A DNA stretch of 64,000 nt from the NCBI RefSeq assembly GCF_006345805.1, contig NC_043018.1, forward strand, positions 186,001 through 250,000. The letters run 5' to 3'. The first letter of the stretch is position 1. The number at the start of each line of letters is the position of its first letter. Under the pieces are notes generated by a model. The model was not told the origin of the DNA. It made no database searches and saw nothing but the letters and a program-made list of their open reading frames with translations. The translations under genes and the position numbers were made by a program. Positions 1 to 12,934 of this stretch are shown here, piece by piece. This DNA is from Octopus sinensis. Its lineage: Eukaryota.

Positions 1-822
1 ATAGATAGATAGATAGATAGATAGATAGGTGTTTGTGTATAAAAAGATACATATGCGTGTGTGTGTTCATATATACACATAGCTAAATATATACATGTGT
101 ATGTACATTAACAAATATAGTCATACATAAGTAAGTATGCACTCACGCACACACACACGCACACACATACATACACGCACTCACACAAACTTCCGCTATT
201 TCAGAATTTGATTTTCCCCTTCCATTTTGTTTTCTAATATTATTTCCTCTTTCAACTCTTTTCATATCAAAAAAAAAAAAAAAAAAATCAGCAACATAGA
301 TTGATATCGTTTTGACCTCTGATAACTTTGATATCATTTTCAATTTTTTTTTTTTTTCTGTTTCGTGTTTCAGGCTTTTTTATTGTTTTACTTATTCTTT
401 ATTATATGCTGCTGCTGTTTATATTTCTTTGTTTTTGTCTTGCATTTTTTTTTATTTCCAAATTATTATTTTATAGCCTGACCTCTATATAACCATAATT
501 TTGCTTAAAATTTTCTGTTCTATTCTTCTTCTTGATTTGGTTTCCGTTGTTATTCTTGGCCTTGTTTTTGTTTTGTTCTTAGAGTAGTTGTGTGATTACT
601 GTTATTTCTTTCGTATTCTATCATTATAGATTATTTTTTTTATATCGTCTTGGTTTTTCAAAACTTATTATTAACGTTCATAGTTCTCTGCACTTTTGTA
701 TACAGTCATACATTTTATAACTTTCGTTCACACAGTCTCTTTCTCAAAATCTGCCTCTTTCTCGCGGTCTTTCCCATCTCTGTCTCCAATATAATATATA
801 CATATATATATATATATATATA

Positions 823-853
<31 letters not shown>

Positions 854-879
854 TATATGTGTGTACACATCACAGACAT

Positions 880-926
<47 letters not shown>

Positions 927-1157
927 TATATAATTATATACATACATACATACATACATGTGTGAGTGTGTGTCTATGTGTGTGTGTGTATATATATATA
1001 TATGTATAATTTTTACAAATTTCAACTGTTTGAAATCTTTCAAATTCTCGTAATCCAGACACATGTACGGCAACTGTTCTCAGATTATCGAGTATCCTAT
1101 TGTTTTCCGTGTTCGTATATTCTTCGTCCATATATATATAAATGCACTCATATATAT

Positions 1158-1199
<42 letters not shown>

Positions 1200-1625
1200 C
1201 ATGCAAGTATGTGTGTAGCTATGTATTTATGTACACGTCTATATTTGCGCATAATTAATCATAAATATATGTATGAATATATGTTTATATACATGCAGGT
1301 ATTTGTCTGAATATGTATTTGTATATCTTCCTCTTATTTTGATCTTTTTTCTCGAAACTGCATTCATACACCCAGTTAAACTTTCTGTCCTGACAACATA
1401 CAATGTGCGCCTGCAATAATGTACATATATTTTACAGAGACTTATTTGCACAAATATGTACAGCAACTCTGAGTTTCACTATATATACCCATAGGTATAC
1501 AAATGCATATAACAAAAGAGTATGTAGATATTTGGATGATATGTGTATGTATGTATATATATATATATATATATTTTTATGTATATATATATATATGTTA
1601 TTATATATATACATATATATATATG

Positions 1626-1722
<97 letters not shown>

Positions 1723-1900
1723 CGCTTATATATTTGTTATGCTAGATTTTTTTATGTGAAGTCGTGTGTTGAAACAGATATTGTTATACTTCGGAATGGC
1801 CATTTGCCAGTTTAGCCAATAAAAACACACGCACTATATATTTGGTGTTACTTTGCTTCAGTGTTATTTATTTTTTACATTAATCTTAATCTTATTTCAG

Positions 1901-1940
1901 CCAGAGTTCTTTCGTCACACACCTGTGACCGCATCAGCGG
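1901..1940 (-). ncRNA. Degenerate minimal type I hammerhead-like motif in a short (TA)n-embedded element
   Basis: Minus strand reads CCG-CTGATGC-G-GTCAC aggtgt GTGAC-GAAA-GAACTC-TGG. Helices I and II pair, but A9 is replaced by C. Confidence 0.45.
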
Positions 1941-2233
1941 TCCTTTGTTTTCTTCTTTCTTATTTGTGTCTCTCCTTACAAACCGACATATATATATATA
2001 CATACATATATATGTATATATATGTATAATTATATATATATATGTATGTATATATATAAATATATATATACATATATATATGTATTTATATATATATATA
2101 TATACACATTTATACATATATATATGTATGTATGTATATATATATATATTATATTATATATATGTGTGTGTGTGTGTGTATATATATAATTTTTTATATA
2201 TATATATATGTGTGTGTGTATATATATATTATA

Positions 2234-2264
<31 letters not shown>

Positions 2265-2355
2265 ACTTCAACATTTGGGTAAAATTAATTAATTAATCAA
2301 TTTCACCAATATTCAGTATGCAAAGGGACCATTAGGCGAATTCAAATTATTACAT

Positions 2356-2640
2356 TATATAAAAGGGCTTAGTAAAATAAATTACTTTGCCGCATACTGA
2401 CTCATTATAAATAGCAGCTAAAAAACTTTTTTAAAACTATTTCTATACTTAAAGAAAACCTCTCTCATATAGTGTTTGCTCAATTCAACTCAGTTGCGTG
2501 AGTTGCGTGAGTTGAATTGAGCAACACTATATGAGGAGGTTTTCTTTAAGTATTAGAATAGTTTAAAAGTTTTTTAGCTGCTATTTCTAATGAGTTCAGT
2601 ATGCGGCAAAGTAATTTATTTTACTAACCCTTTTTATAAT
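2356..2640. repeat. Foldback element: ~133-bp inverted arms with a 17-nt spacer
   Basis: Arm ataaaagggcttagtaaaataaattactttgccgcatactga...caattcaactc (to 2491) is the reverse complement of 2509-2638. The spacer is agttgcgtgagttgcgt. Confidence 0.9.
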
Positions 2641-3114
2641 ATATATATATATATATAATTATGTATTTATAAAGAGAATAATGCACAGAAAAAAATGGCT
2701 GCAATTTCACTTCGCGGAATGCCATCTCTTGATTGTTCTCTGAAAAGTCCTTAGATGTATGTTTTCTTGTTCTCTTTGAGACCTCCACCCGTTTTGCATA
2801 ATTAATGATGTGGCAGTATGCATGCATATCCATGGACCATTGTGTTACAGAATACATACCAACAGTCTGGAGCAAAGTATGGCTGGACTTCGGTAGAAAA
2901 TGCCAATCCTTAATTCATGCGCTCCAAATGTTCGTGACATCTGGGATTCTCTGAAACTTTAAGACCTAAAGATTTATAGAACGTTGTTTTGTTTTCTTTC
3001 ATAAACTTTTTACGAAACAGTTGGCCGGACAAAATTAATTGTAAATTAAAAGGAGAATGAGAATATACATATATACATACATACATACATACATACATAC
3101 ATACATACCTGTCT

Positions 3115-3409
3115 TGGCACTCCTTCGATTACGACGACGAGGGTTCCAGTTGATCCTATCAACGGAACAGCCTGCTCGCGATATTAACGTGCAAGTGACT
3201 GAGTACTCCAAAGACACACTTCAAATAGTTCTCAGGGAGATTCATCGTGACACAAAATGTGATAAGTTTGCCCTTTGAAATACAGGTACAACTCATTTTT
3301 GCCAGCTGACTGGACTGGAGCATTGTTAAATAAAATGACTTGCCGAAGGATACAACGCATCAGTGGGAATCGAACCGAAAACCTTACGAATGTGACAATA
3401 CCCTAACCA
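3115..3409 (-). mobile_element. tRNA-derived SINE with CORE-like head and the 3' tail shared with SINE type A
   Basis: Minus strand has a gtggttaggg A-box, ggttcgattccc B-box and tccttcggcaagtc CORE-like segment, then the tail gttgtacctgtatttcaaaggg...gtcgtcgtaatcgaaggagtgcca. Confidence 0.8.
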
Positions 3410-3827
3410 CATACATATATAAATACATGCAAGATTGCATACATAACAGCATTTCCCACTTGTATATAAGTAGCATTTTGTTTACGATGCACAACACCGC
3501 TGAAAACATTCTCGTTTAAAACACGTATTATCTATATATTAGGTAGCTCTGTTAATATATCTATGTTCTGTATACGTAAATCCTACCTTGTGAAAATATA
3601 ATCTAATATTTCTGCTGTAAAACTGTTGTAGAAAAATGTAAATAACATTTTTTTTTTTCTGTAAAACATGTAAAAAAACATATTTTTTTTATTTCAAATT
3701 ACATATATATAATTCTCTAACAAAATACTTATCTCCTACATGAAAAATATTTTTTTTATTCCAAGATATTTATATTAGTTCAAAAAGTAATCGCAATTTC
3801 AACAAGCCTCTCTCATTATTTTCCCCA

Positions 3828-3858
<31 letters not shown>

Positions 3859-3880
3859 GTATATATATGTATGTAATACA

Positions 3881-3912
<32 letters not shown>

Positions 3913-3980
3913 CATACATATATGTATGTTTATACATACATGTATATATTATGTGTATATGTATATATAATGTGTGTGTG

Positions 3981-4029
<49 letters not shown>

Positions 4030-4044
4030 ATATACAGTAATAAA

Positions 4045-4368
4045 GGCGCATGGCTCAGTGGTTAGAGCGTCGAGCTTACGATCGTGAGGTTGTGAGCTCG
4101 AATCCCGGACCGGGCTGCGTGTTGTGTTCTTGAGCAAGACACTTTATTTCACGTTGCTCCAGTTCACTCAGCTGTAGAAATGAGTTGCGACGTCACTGGT
4201 GCCAAGCTGTATCGACCTTTGTCTTTCCCTTGGATAACACTGGTGGCGTGGAGAGGGGAGGCCGGTATGCATGGGCGACTACTGGTCTTCCATAAAACAA
4301 CCTTGCCCAGACTTGTGCCAAAGAGGGTAACTCTCTAGGTGCAAAGACCGAAGGGGGTCTTTACCCTT
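4045..4368 (+). mobile_element. Full-length tRNA(Arg)-like CORE-type SINE with a 12-bp TSD
   Basis: A-box tggctcagtgg, ACG at the anticodon position, B-box gagctcgaatccc and ttcttgagcaagacact. TSD tacagtaataaa at 4033-4044 and 4369-4380. Confidence 0.9.
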
Positions 4369-4576
4369 TACAGTAATAAAAATTCATCCTTAGATGGAAT
4401 TAATAAATATCTTAATGCATTGCTACGCGCGTTTTCAGGAATCACATGTTTCTTAAGATCATGGTTTGTATTTCTGGAATGGTAATAGTGCAGTCCGTAG
4501 TATCCATGAACATCAAGGAGATATTGTTTTTGCATTCATTTCTTCAGAAGATATAGCGTTAATTGATGTTTAACTC

Positions 4577-4998
4577 TGAGTGCCAGAAGCGTTAGCACGC
4601 AGGGAGACATCTTAAGGGGTATTTCGTCTGCCGCTACGTTCCGAGTTCAAATTCCGCCGAGGTCGACTTTGCCTTTCATACTTTCGGAGTCGATTAAATA
4701 AGTACCAGTTACGCACTGGAGTCGATGTAATCCACTTAATCCCTTTGTCGGTCCTTGTTTGTCCCCTCTATGTTTAGCTCCTTGTGGGCAATAAAGAAAT
4801 AAGAAAAGATACAACGCCGGGTGAATTGCTTAGCTGTATTTCGTGTTTCTTTATGTTCAGAGCTCAAATTCCGCCGGGGTCGAATTTGCCTTTCTTCCTT
4901 TCGAGGTCGATAAATTAAGTACAGTTGCGTGCTGGAGTCGATCTAATCGACTGGTCCCCCACCTAGAGTTTCGGGCCTTGTGCCTAGAGTAGAAGAGG
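4577..4998 (+). mobile_element. SINE type D dimer: D1 unit followed by D2 unit
   Basis: Two cores of gactttgcctttcatcctttcggggtcgataaa-type sequence. The first tail is cttgtgggcaataaagaaata and the second is cgggccttgtgcctagagtaga. Confidence 0.85.
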
Positions 4999-5042
4999 AT
5001 ATTTTAATTCGATTTTTAAGATTAGGATTTATGATTATATTA

Positions 5043-5435
5043 TTCTTTCACCTGTTTCAGTCATTTGACTGCAGCCATGCTGGAGCACCGTTTTTAGTTG
5101 AACAAGTCGAGCCCAGGACATATTCTGTGTAAATCTAGTACCTATTCCATCGGTCTCTTTGGCCGAACTGCTAAGTTATGGGGACGTAAATCCACCAACA
5201 TCGTTTGTCAAGCGATGGTAGGGGTACAAATACAGACACACACACACACACACCACACATATATATATATATATATATATATACACGACGGGCTTCTTTC
5301 AGTTTCCGTCTACCAAATCCTTTCACAAGGATTTGGTCAGCACCGAGACTATAGTAGAAGACACTTGCCCAAAGTGCCATGCAGTGGGACTGAACCCGGA
5401 ACCATGTGTTTGGGAAGTAAGCTTCTTACCACACG
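5043..5435 (-). mobile_element. SINE type E (~400 bp, central TA/TG microsatellite)
   Basis: Homologous to the copies at 12487-12893 and 51739-52140 (gggttcagtcccactgc, ttgggcaagtgtcttctactatag, ggtgctccagcatggc). Confidence 0.85.
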
Positions 5436-5890
5436 GATTATGATTCCTTTTTTTATATGGTGGACCCCAGCTGTATTTGAACCCAGAAAATAAAGAACTG
5501 GAAGAAATGCCGCTAAGCATTTTGCTAACTATTGCTACATATTCTACCTGCTCGACGCCCAGAAAGTGTATGTAATATATAAGAGATAGAGAATTGAGTA
5601 GACTCACGAGAATTGCGTAGATTCGCGGGCACAGAATAAGACGTGTAGAGGATCAGTTGCAGGAATTGAGCTACATGTCTGCCGAATACAATTCGACCGC
5701 AAGAACCATTAGACCAGAGCGCCACGCCATCTCTTGCCATCGAATTTAGAGCAAAGGAATGTAGTTGTGGACTAGCTACCACTGTTTTCACAGTCCACCT
5801 TCCCTGCTGCTTCTACTCCTCCTCCTCCTGGACATCGTCCTCTTCCTAATCCTCTCCCTCCTCCTCCTCCACCTCTTACTTCTACTTCTA

Positions 5891-6109
5891 CAACTACTAC
5901 TATTACTACTATCACCACCACCACCACGACTGCTACTACTACTACTACTACCACTACCACCACCACCGCTACTGCTACTACTACTACTACCACCACCACC
6001 ACTACTACTACTACTACTACCACCACCACCACCACCACTACTACTACTACTACTATTACCACCACCACCACTGCTACTACTACTATTACTACCATTACCA
6101 CCACCACTG

Positions 6110-6141
<32 letters not shown>

Positions 6142-6177
6142 GCTACTACTACTACTGCTACCACTACCACCACCACC

Positions 6178-6216
<39 letters not shown>

Positions 6217-6812
6217 GCTGTTGTTTCTGCTGCTGCAATTGTCACTACTATCACAAGCAACTGTCTTTGTTATTCAAGGGTCCTCAGTACATTCTGTCTC
6301 CCGAAATCTATTCACAACAGAGTTGCAACATGGAAATATGATAAGAGATACACTAGTCACCTATACAATTTGCTGCTTAGCAATGGAATCGAAACCGCCA
6401 CTACAGTGGATTCTTGACAAACCTTCAAAGCTTCAAAACTTCATTCCTGACAAATCAATAGCAAAATTCACTCCCAACTTTCCTAAAATTTAAAAAAGTT
6501 AAAATTAATAATAAAATATTACTTAACTTTTTTAAATTTTAGGAAAGTTGGGAGTGAATTTTGCTATTGATTTGTCAGGAATGAAGTTTTGAAGCTTTGA
6601 AGGTTTGTCAAGAATCCACTGTAGTGGCGGTTTCGATTCCATTGCTAAGCAGCAAATTGTATAGGTGACTAGTGTATCTCTTATCATATTTCCATGTTGC
6701 AACTCTGTTGTGAATAGATTTCGGGAGACAGAATGTACTGAGGACCCTTGAATAACAGAGACAGTTGCTTGTGATAGTAGTGACAATTGCAGCAGCAGAA
6801 ACAACAGCAGTT

Positions 6813-6872
<60 letters not shown>

Positions 6873-6907
6873 TTGGTAGTGGTAGCAGTAGTAGTAGTAG
6901 TAGTAGC

Positions 6908-6939
<32 letters not shown>

Positions 6940-7022
6940 CAGTGGTGGTGGTAATGGTAGTAATAGTAGTAGTAGCAGTGGTGGTGGTGGTGGTAATAGT
7001 AGTAGTAGTAGTGGTGGTGGTG

Positions 7023-7053
<31 letters not shown>

Positions 7054-7097
7054 CAGTCGTGGTGGTTGTGGTGATATAGTAGTAATAGTAGTAGTTG
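5891..7097. repeat. ~1.2-kb inverted repeat (arms 5891-6502 and 6523-7097, 20-nt AT spacer)
   Basis: The ~275-bp unique part of the arms is reverse-complementary with one substitution seen (ctttg vs ctctg). The (CTA/CCA)n arrays mirror each other, including most interruptions. Confidence 0.95.
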
Positions 7098-7241
7098 ATT
7101 CTCCAACAATGCAGTCACGGGTTTCGGTAACCCTGCGTAACCCAATGGAGAAGTGTATTTTTCTATAGCCGCGGGCCGATCAAACTCTTATGAGTAGATT
7201 TGCTATAGTTATACATGGCTGTGTTTGTTATATTGTTATAT

Positions 7242-7565
7242 ATGGCTGTGTTTCCCTGCTTGTTTCCCAAAAACATGTTTCCGAGTGCAATCCTACTGCG
7301 TGGAACCTTGTACAAGTGTCTTCTACTGTAGTCCTAGGCAGAACAAAGCCTTGTGAATGGATCTGGTTAACGGAAACTGAATGAACCCCGTCGTATATAT
7401 ATATCTATTTGAGTGTGTGTGTGCGTGTGTGTGTCTTTGTTCCCCGCCTTTGCTTACTGTTTGAGAAACGAAGTCGATATGTTTCACTAAAACCCTTCAA
7501 GAAGGTGCCCCAGCATGGCCGCCGCAATGAAATAACTGAAACAAAACAAGTAGAGAAAGATAAAA
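7242..7565 (+). mobile_element. Older SINE type E copy
   Basis: Diverged match to type E (tcctactgcgtggaaccttgtacaagtgtcttctactg...ggtgccccagcatggcc). Confidence 0.7.
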
Positions 7566-8072
7566 AGATTGCTTTGATACAAGAAACAAAACAACAACAA
7601 CACCGGGGAGCTTTGCGTATGAGAGGGAGCAGCAGTCGTCTCCACCCCTGACAACAAAAATTAATAAATAACGTTTATATCTACTAAATACTTCCTCGGC
7701 TCCAACCTTTCTCCGATTATCTAAAGTGAGCGAGGACCTAACGGGGTTAATAACATTCTTTGTTTTCCAGCGTATCCTCTTTCAACTCATAAATATATCA
7801 TTAATAACATAGATTAGTATCATTTGACCTCATACTGCGATATCATCACACTATTGTTTTGGTGTGGGTTTGTGTGTGTATGTGTGTGTGAGTTGTGTTT
7901 TTATTTTTCTATTTCACGCTATATTATTATGAATGTTTTTTTTTTACTTTATTCTTATTTGGTGGTAGGTGTTCATTTTATTTTAATGCTTTCTTCCTAT
8001 GTTGACCTCTCTTTCTCACTCCCGCTCTCTCATTTACTTTCTGTGTATGTATATATATATATACATACATAC

Positions 8073-8141
<69 letters not shown>

Positions 8142-8171
8142 CATACATATATATATATACATATATATATT

Positions 8172-8209
<38 letters not shown>

Positions 8210-8354
8210 CGTACATACATATATATGTGTGTATACATATACCTACACACTCACACATAGATATATCTATGTATACACGTATGTATGTAAATATTTATTT
8301 ATAAACATATATGAAGCTATAAATATAAATAAAAGGTAAAAATATAGACAAAAT

Positions 8355-8410
<56 letters not shown>

Positions 8411-8967
8411 ATATATATGTCTGTTCATAAATGAGTGTGTGTATTTTATGTGTATGTGTAGATGTCCAAATATTTATCTCTCTCTATATATATATATATA
8501 TATGTATGTATACACATATACATATATATAATTATACATATAAAATAAATATGCATATATAGATATACATATATATATATATATATATATACATGCACAC
8601 ACATGCACAGGCACATACACGCACACACACACGCACACACACAGTGTGAAAGGGACAATGTACTCGGAGAGTGATAAGCGTATTAACTTATTCGGTTTCA
8701 TCCGACGTCCTCTCAATCTTCATCGTCTTTTTTTAATTTTTTTTTAATATTTTCTTTCAAAGACACATCACGTATTTTTCTAGTGTTCTGTTTTTTTTTT
8801 TTTTTACATTTATGTATATAACCTCTTGATAATGTAGAATTTATTACAGCAGATACATATTTAAATTACTAACATAAATATTAAATATTAGTATCTGCAA
8901 CAACAATATTTTATTCTTATTACTATCATCGTTGTCAACATCATCACCACTATCATCGTAATCATCT

Positions 8968-9118
8968 TTATATTATTATTATTATTATTATTATTATCAT
9001 TATTATTATCATTATTATTATTATCATTATTATTATTATTATCGTTATTATTATTAATTTTATTGTTATTATTATTATTATTATTATTAATATTATTATT
9101 ATTGTTATTGTCATTATG

Positions 9119-9151
<33 letters not shown>

Positions 9152-9260
9152 ATTATTATTATTATTATCATTATTATTATTATTATTATCGTTATTATTA
9201 TTAATTTTATTGTTATTATTATTATTAATATTATTATTATTGTTATTGTCATTATGATTA

Positions 9261-9297
<37 letters not shown>

Positions 9298-9433
9298 CGT
9301 TATTATTATTATTATTATTATCGTTATTATTATATTCTTATTCTTCTTCTTCTTATTATTATTATTATCATCATCATCATCATCAGCCTTATTATTATTA
9401 TTATCATTATTATTGTTATTATTATTATTATTA

Positions 9434-9474
<41 letters not shown>

Positions 9475-9525
9475 CATTACTATTATTATTATCATTATTA
9501 TTAGCATTATTATTTTTATCATTAG
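8968..9525. repeat. (ATT)n/(ATC)n microsatellite
   Basis: Direct inspection; this array is the source of the poly-Ile ORFs. Confidence 0.95.
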
Positions 9526-9925
9526 TCTTGTTAATATTTCGTTATAAGGTTTCTTTCGTTTTTACCTATTACTGTATATGTTTTTGTAGCTGTTTTCCAT
9601 ATTTATATATAATCTTTCTTTTTCGCGGGTTCATGGGAAACAAATAAACAAAACTGAACAAAAACCATTTGAAATGAGATACGTAAAACCATCCAAAATA
9701 TTATAATGTATACAGGGTGATGTATAGAGTAAAACGTACATCCATACGCTCGACTAATACACGTACATTCATACATCCATAAAATATGCTGTATGACAAA
9801 TTGTAAAATAAAAAGAAATGAATTTGGAAGATGTACCAGTCTTCGTATTTTCTATTATTGTAATAATTATATATATCGTAAAATATATTTGCCAACTAAA
9901 TGTGACGGTCCCATAGAGGACGATG

Positions 9926-10343
9926 TTACTGTTGTTTTTAACCCCACGAAGATATCTCCTCCAGCTGGTTAACGACACACTATTTGTGTCCGATTAGTAT
10001 TTGCGAAATCATCGCTCCCATCTCTACCTTTACCTGATGCACACAGACCTCGCTTAGAGGTTTAATATCGCTCATTCCAGGGGTTTTTTCCAGATCAGCG
10101 ACAGTTTGTCGCTGGAAAAAGCATATAGTGTTTTGCTAGTGGAATGGGTTTTCATAACTCGCTGGTGATTATCACACACTGAAGACGAGTAACTACCTAG
10201 AAATCCGGGTCTTTGTGTACCACGTAAGGCTAGAAATGGGAACGATGACCTCCCCTCGCAAATACTATTCGGACACAGACAGTGTGTCGTTAGCCAGCTG
10301 CAGGAGATTCTTCCTGAGGCTAAAAATAAAAGAAAGACAGTAA
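9926..10343. repeat. Imperfect inverted repeat, arms 9926-10028 and 10228-10343
   Basis: gaagatatctcctccagctggttaacgacacactatttgtgtccgattagtatttgcg (+) matches gaagaatctcctgcagctggctaacgacacactgtctgtgtccgaatagtatttgcg (-). Confidence 0.9.
10265..10319 (-). CDS. Candidate terminal coding exon (LRKNLLQLANDTLSVSE*), product unknown
   Basis: Strong acceptor ctgtctttcttttatttttag at 10320 on the minus strand, then 1 nt plus 18 codons to TAG. No homology recognised, and another frame also stays open to 10072. Confidence 0.3.
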
Positions 10344-10566
10344 TGTTTATACTTGTGCACATGCATGCAGAAAACAGAAAAGAAAGCAATGAGGGGGCAG
10401 TTTAAAAATGAAAAAAATTAAATGTGCGGAAACATAGAAACATATTTTATACGAAATGGAATAAAAGAGTCGACGAGAAACGTCTTTTGCAATGGACCCG
10501 GTTCGTCAAGGCTGACGAAACAGCATCAAAAGTAACAAGATATACGTCAGACCACTAAAACATCAC

Positions 10567-10855
<289 letters not shown>

Positions 10856-12104
10856 AAATCCTGTTCTTGGTCTCCTCGTTCTTCTTGTTCTTTTTTCTTC
10901 TTTTTTTTTTGAAGCTCCTGCAGCTGCCTTTACTTCTACTATCACTGATAGGAGTAGTTGTAGTAGTTGTAGTAATTTCTGTTGTGCGATAGCAGTGACT
11001 GTGGCTGCTTTTACTCTTGCTTTTGTTGTTGATTTTGTTGTTGGTGCTGTTGTTATTGTTTTTGTGATTGTGGTGGTGGTGGTGGTGGTGGTGGTGGTGG
11101 TTTCGGTGGTTCCATCTGTTGTTACTAAATAGGACATAGAGTTCGGTTACACTTACTACAACCTGGTAGATGCTCGAACATACGGTGTCAAAAGAAAAAA
11201 ACAATTCTACAATCGGTATATTGACATTCCACCGCTCCGTGGTCCGGACTCGGCTCTAAAAAAAATTTCAATGGCTTTTACAAACGTAAAATAAATCGAA
11301 CATTCTCGTGCAACAACAGAAATGTTGTTGCGAATTTTCGAATACTTTAACTTCAGGTTGGCATTAACTGAATAGATCTATAAACAAAAATATTCCAGTA
11401 ACAACCATCCCACTTTAAAATTCATACGTTGTCCATTGGAAACCATAAATCCAATAAAGTGTCAGGCAATATCGTTTTATAGCATATAGTGAGATATAAG
11501 GGAAATATGACACCTATTTCTAGCAGAACAGTTGTTCACGTTGAGCAGTGGATTTCGTCCATTTTTTACCTATGAACCGACTCAATTTCTATTTTATTCT
11601 GATGGACCCTACTGCCATTCGGTGCTTAAAAACTAATTTCATAAATACTTATCTCCAAATATTTATTTTGGTATTCAAACATTCACTTATACGGTTTCAA
11701 CTATGTAAACTGCGAGAGATAGAAACCTAGCTGTTTCTAGTTATTGATACATCTAAATACGATTTTTAAGATCCCTAAAATAGTATTGTTGATCCCAGAT
11801 TTACTATTTCGCGAGCATGGACTCTCAAAAGTTTTATATGGGTCATCAGGTGTCATATGCACCCTGGTTGAGAAACATTGACACCAGAGTCTCGTTTGTA
11901 CACCCCTTAAGTATTGTTTAGTTTCTGATCTCAGACAGTTAGGATCAACACTGCAAGTGGTCCGATTACGGCCTCTTTTAGCTTGACCTAATGTAACACT
12001 GTGTAACACGATTTTTTTCCTTGGGTAGCAACTGTAATTTCCTATTTGCTTACTTCTAAAAAGTATGAAAAATGGCTAATATTTCCTTAAAATTTGCTTT
12101 AGCT

Positions 12105-12295
12105 ATAGTTATTCAAACCCCAAAGAATCCCCTTCAACACATGGTTATGATGCTCTTTTACTATTCCTTTTCGAGGCCCGAGACGCACATATTGTACCCC
12201 ATAAAGGGACATGCTCAAGTGATTATGTTCAAGCAACTGACAAACAAAGCTGTGGTAGTGATCAGAATACTTAATATAGCGATATTTCTGCTTCA
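12105..12295 (+). mobile_element. Old inverted fragment of the repeat at 50235-50770
   Basis: attcaaaccccaaagaatcccc...aagggacatgctcaa...caactgacaa matches the minus strand of ~50320-50500. Confidence 0.65.
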
Positions 12296-12486
12296 GCAAC
12301 TCAGCGCTGAATCTGTCAGAAATGTAATAGAATATAGGTCGGTCTTAAAAATATCGATGACCAGATGAACAGAGTTTGAAGGGAATAGTAGACATTTCTT
12401 TTGATTTATTGATAGAATCAAATAGGAAATAACAATTACTTACCGAAGACATTAGGCAAAACTTTTTTTAATTCTTACAGTGGACA

Positions 12487-12893
12487 TAGGCGCAGGAGTG
12501 GCTGTGTGGTAAGTAGCTTGCTTACCAGCCACATGGTTCCGGGTTCAGTCCCACTGCGTGGCACCTTGGGCAAGTGTCTTCTACTATAACCTCGGGCCAA
12601 CCAAAGCCTTGAGAGTGAATTTGGTAGACGGAAACTGAAAGAAGCCTGTCGTATATATGTATGTATATGTGTGTGTGCGTGTATGTTTGTGTCTGTGTTT
12701 GTCCCCCTAGCATTGCTTGACAACCGATGCTGGTGAGTATATGTCCCCGTCACTTAGCGGTTTGGCAAAAGAGACCGATAGAATGAGTACTGGGCTTACA
12801 GAGAATAAGTCCCGTGGTCGAGTTGCTCGACTAAAGGCGGTGCTCCAGCATGGCCGCTGTCAAATGACTGAAACAAGTAAAAGAGTAAAGAGT
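12487..12893 (+). mobile_element. Full-length SINE type E
   Basis: ggcgcaggagtggctgtgtgg A-box, gggttcagtccc B-box, CORE-like caccttgggcaagtgtc, internal microsatellite and (gagtaaa)n tail. Confidence 0.9.
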
Positions 12894-12934
12894 AGTGTAA
12901 TTGATCTCGATTGGCTAGTTTATATTAGTCGTTA

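Noticed and set aside
1001-1130. Short unique element between TA tracts resembling the hammerhead carriers
   Set aside because: No recognisable core on either strand.
2640-3050. Possible decayed transposase (QWSMDMHAYC)
   Set aside because: The resemblance is too weak and not collinear across frames.
4045-4115. tRNA-like sequences at SINE heads (also 17088, 48042, 49076, 62880)
   Set aside because: A and B boxes are present, but there is no complete acceptor stem and each continues into a SINE body; they are not tRNA genes.
11737-12057. Acceptor-like site plus ~107-codon open frame on the minus strand
   Set aside because: It overlaps a tgtttctcaaccaggg segment typical of hAT-type MITE ends, and no protein similarity is recognised.
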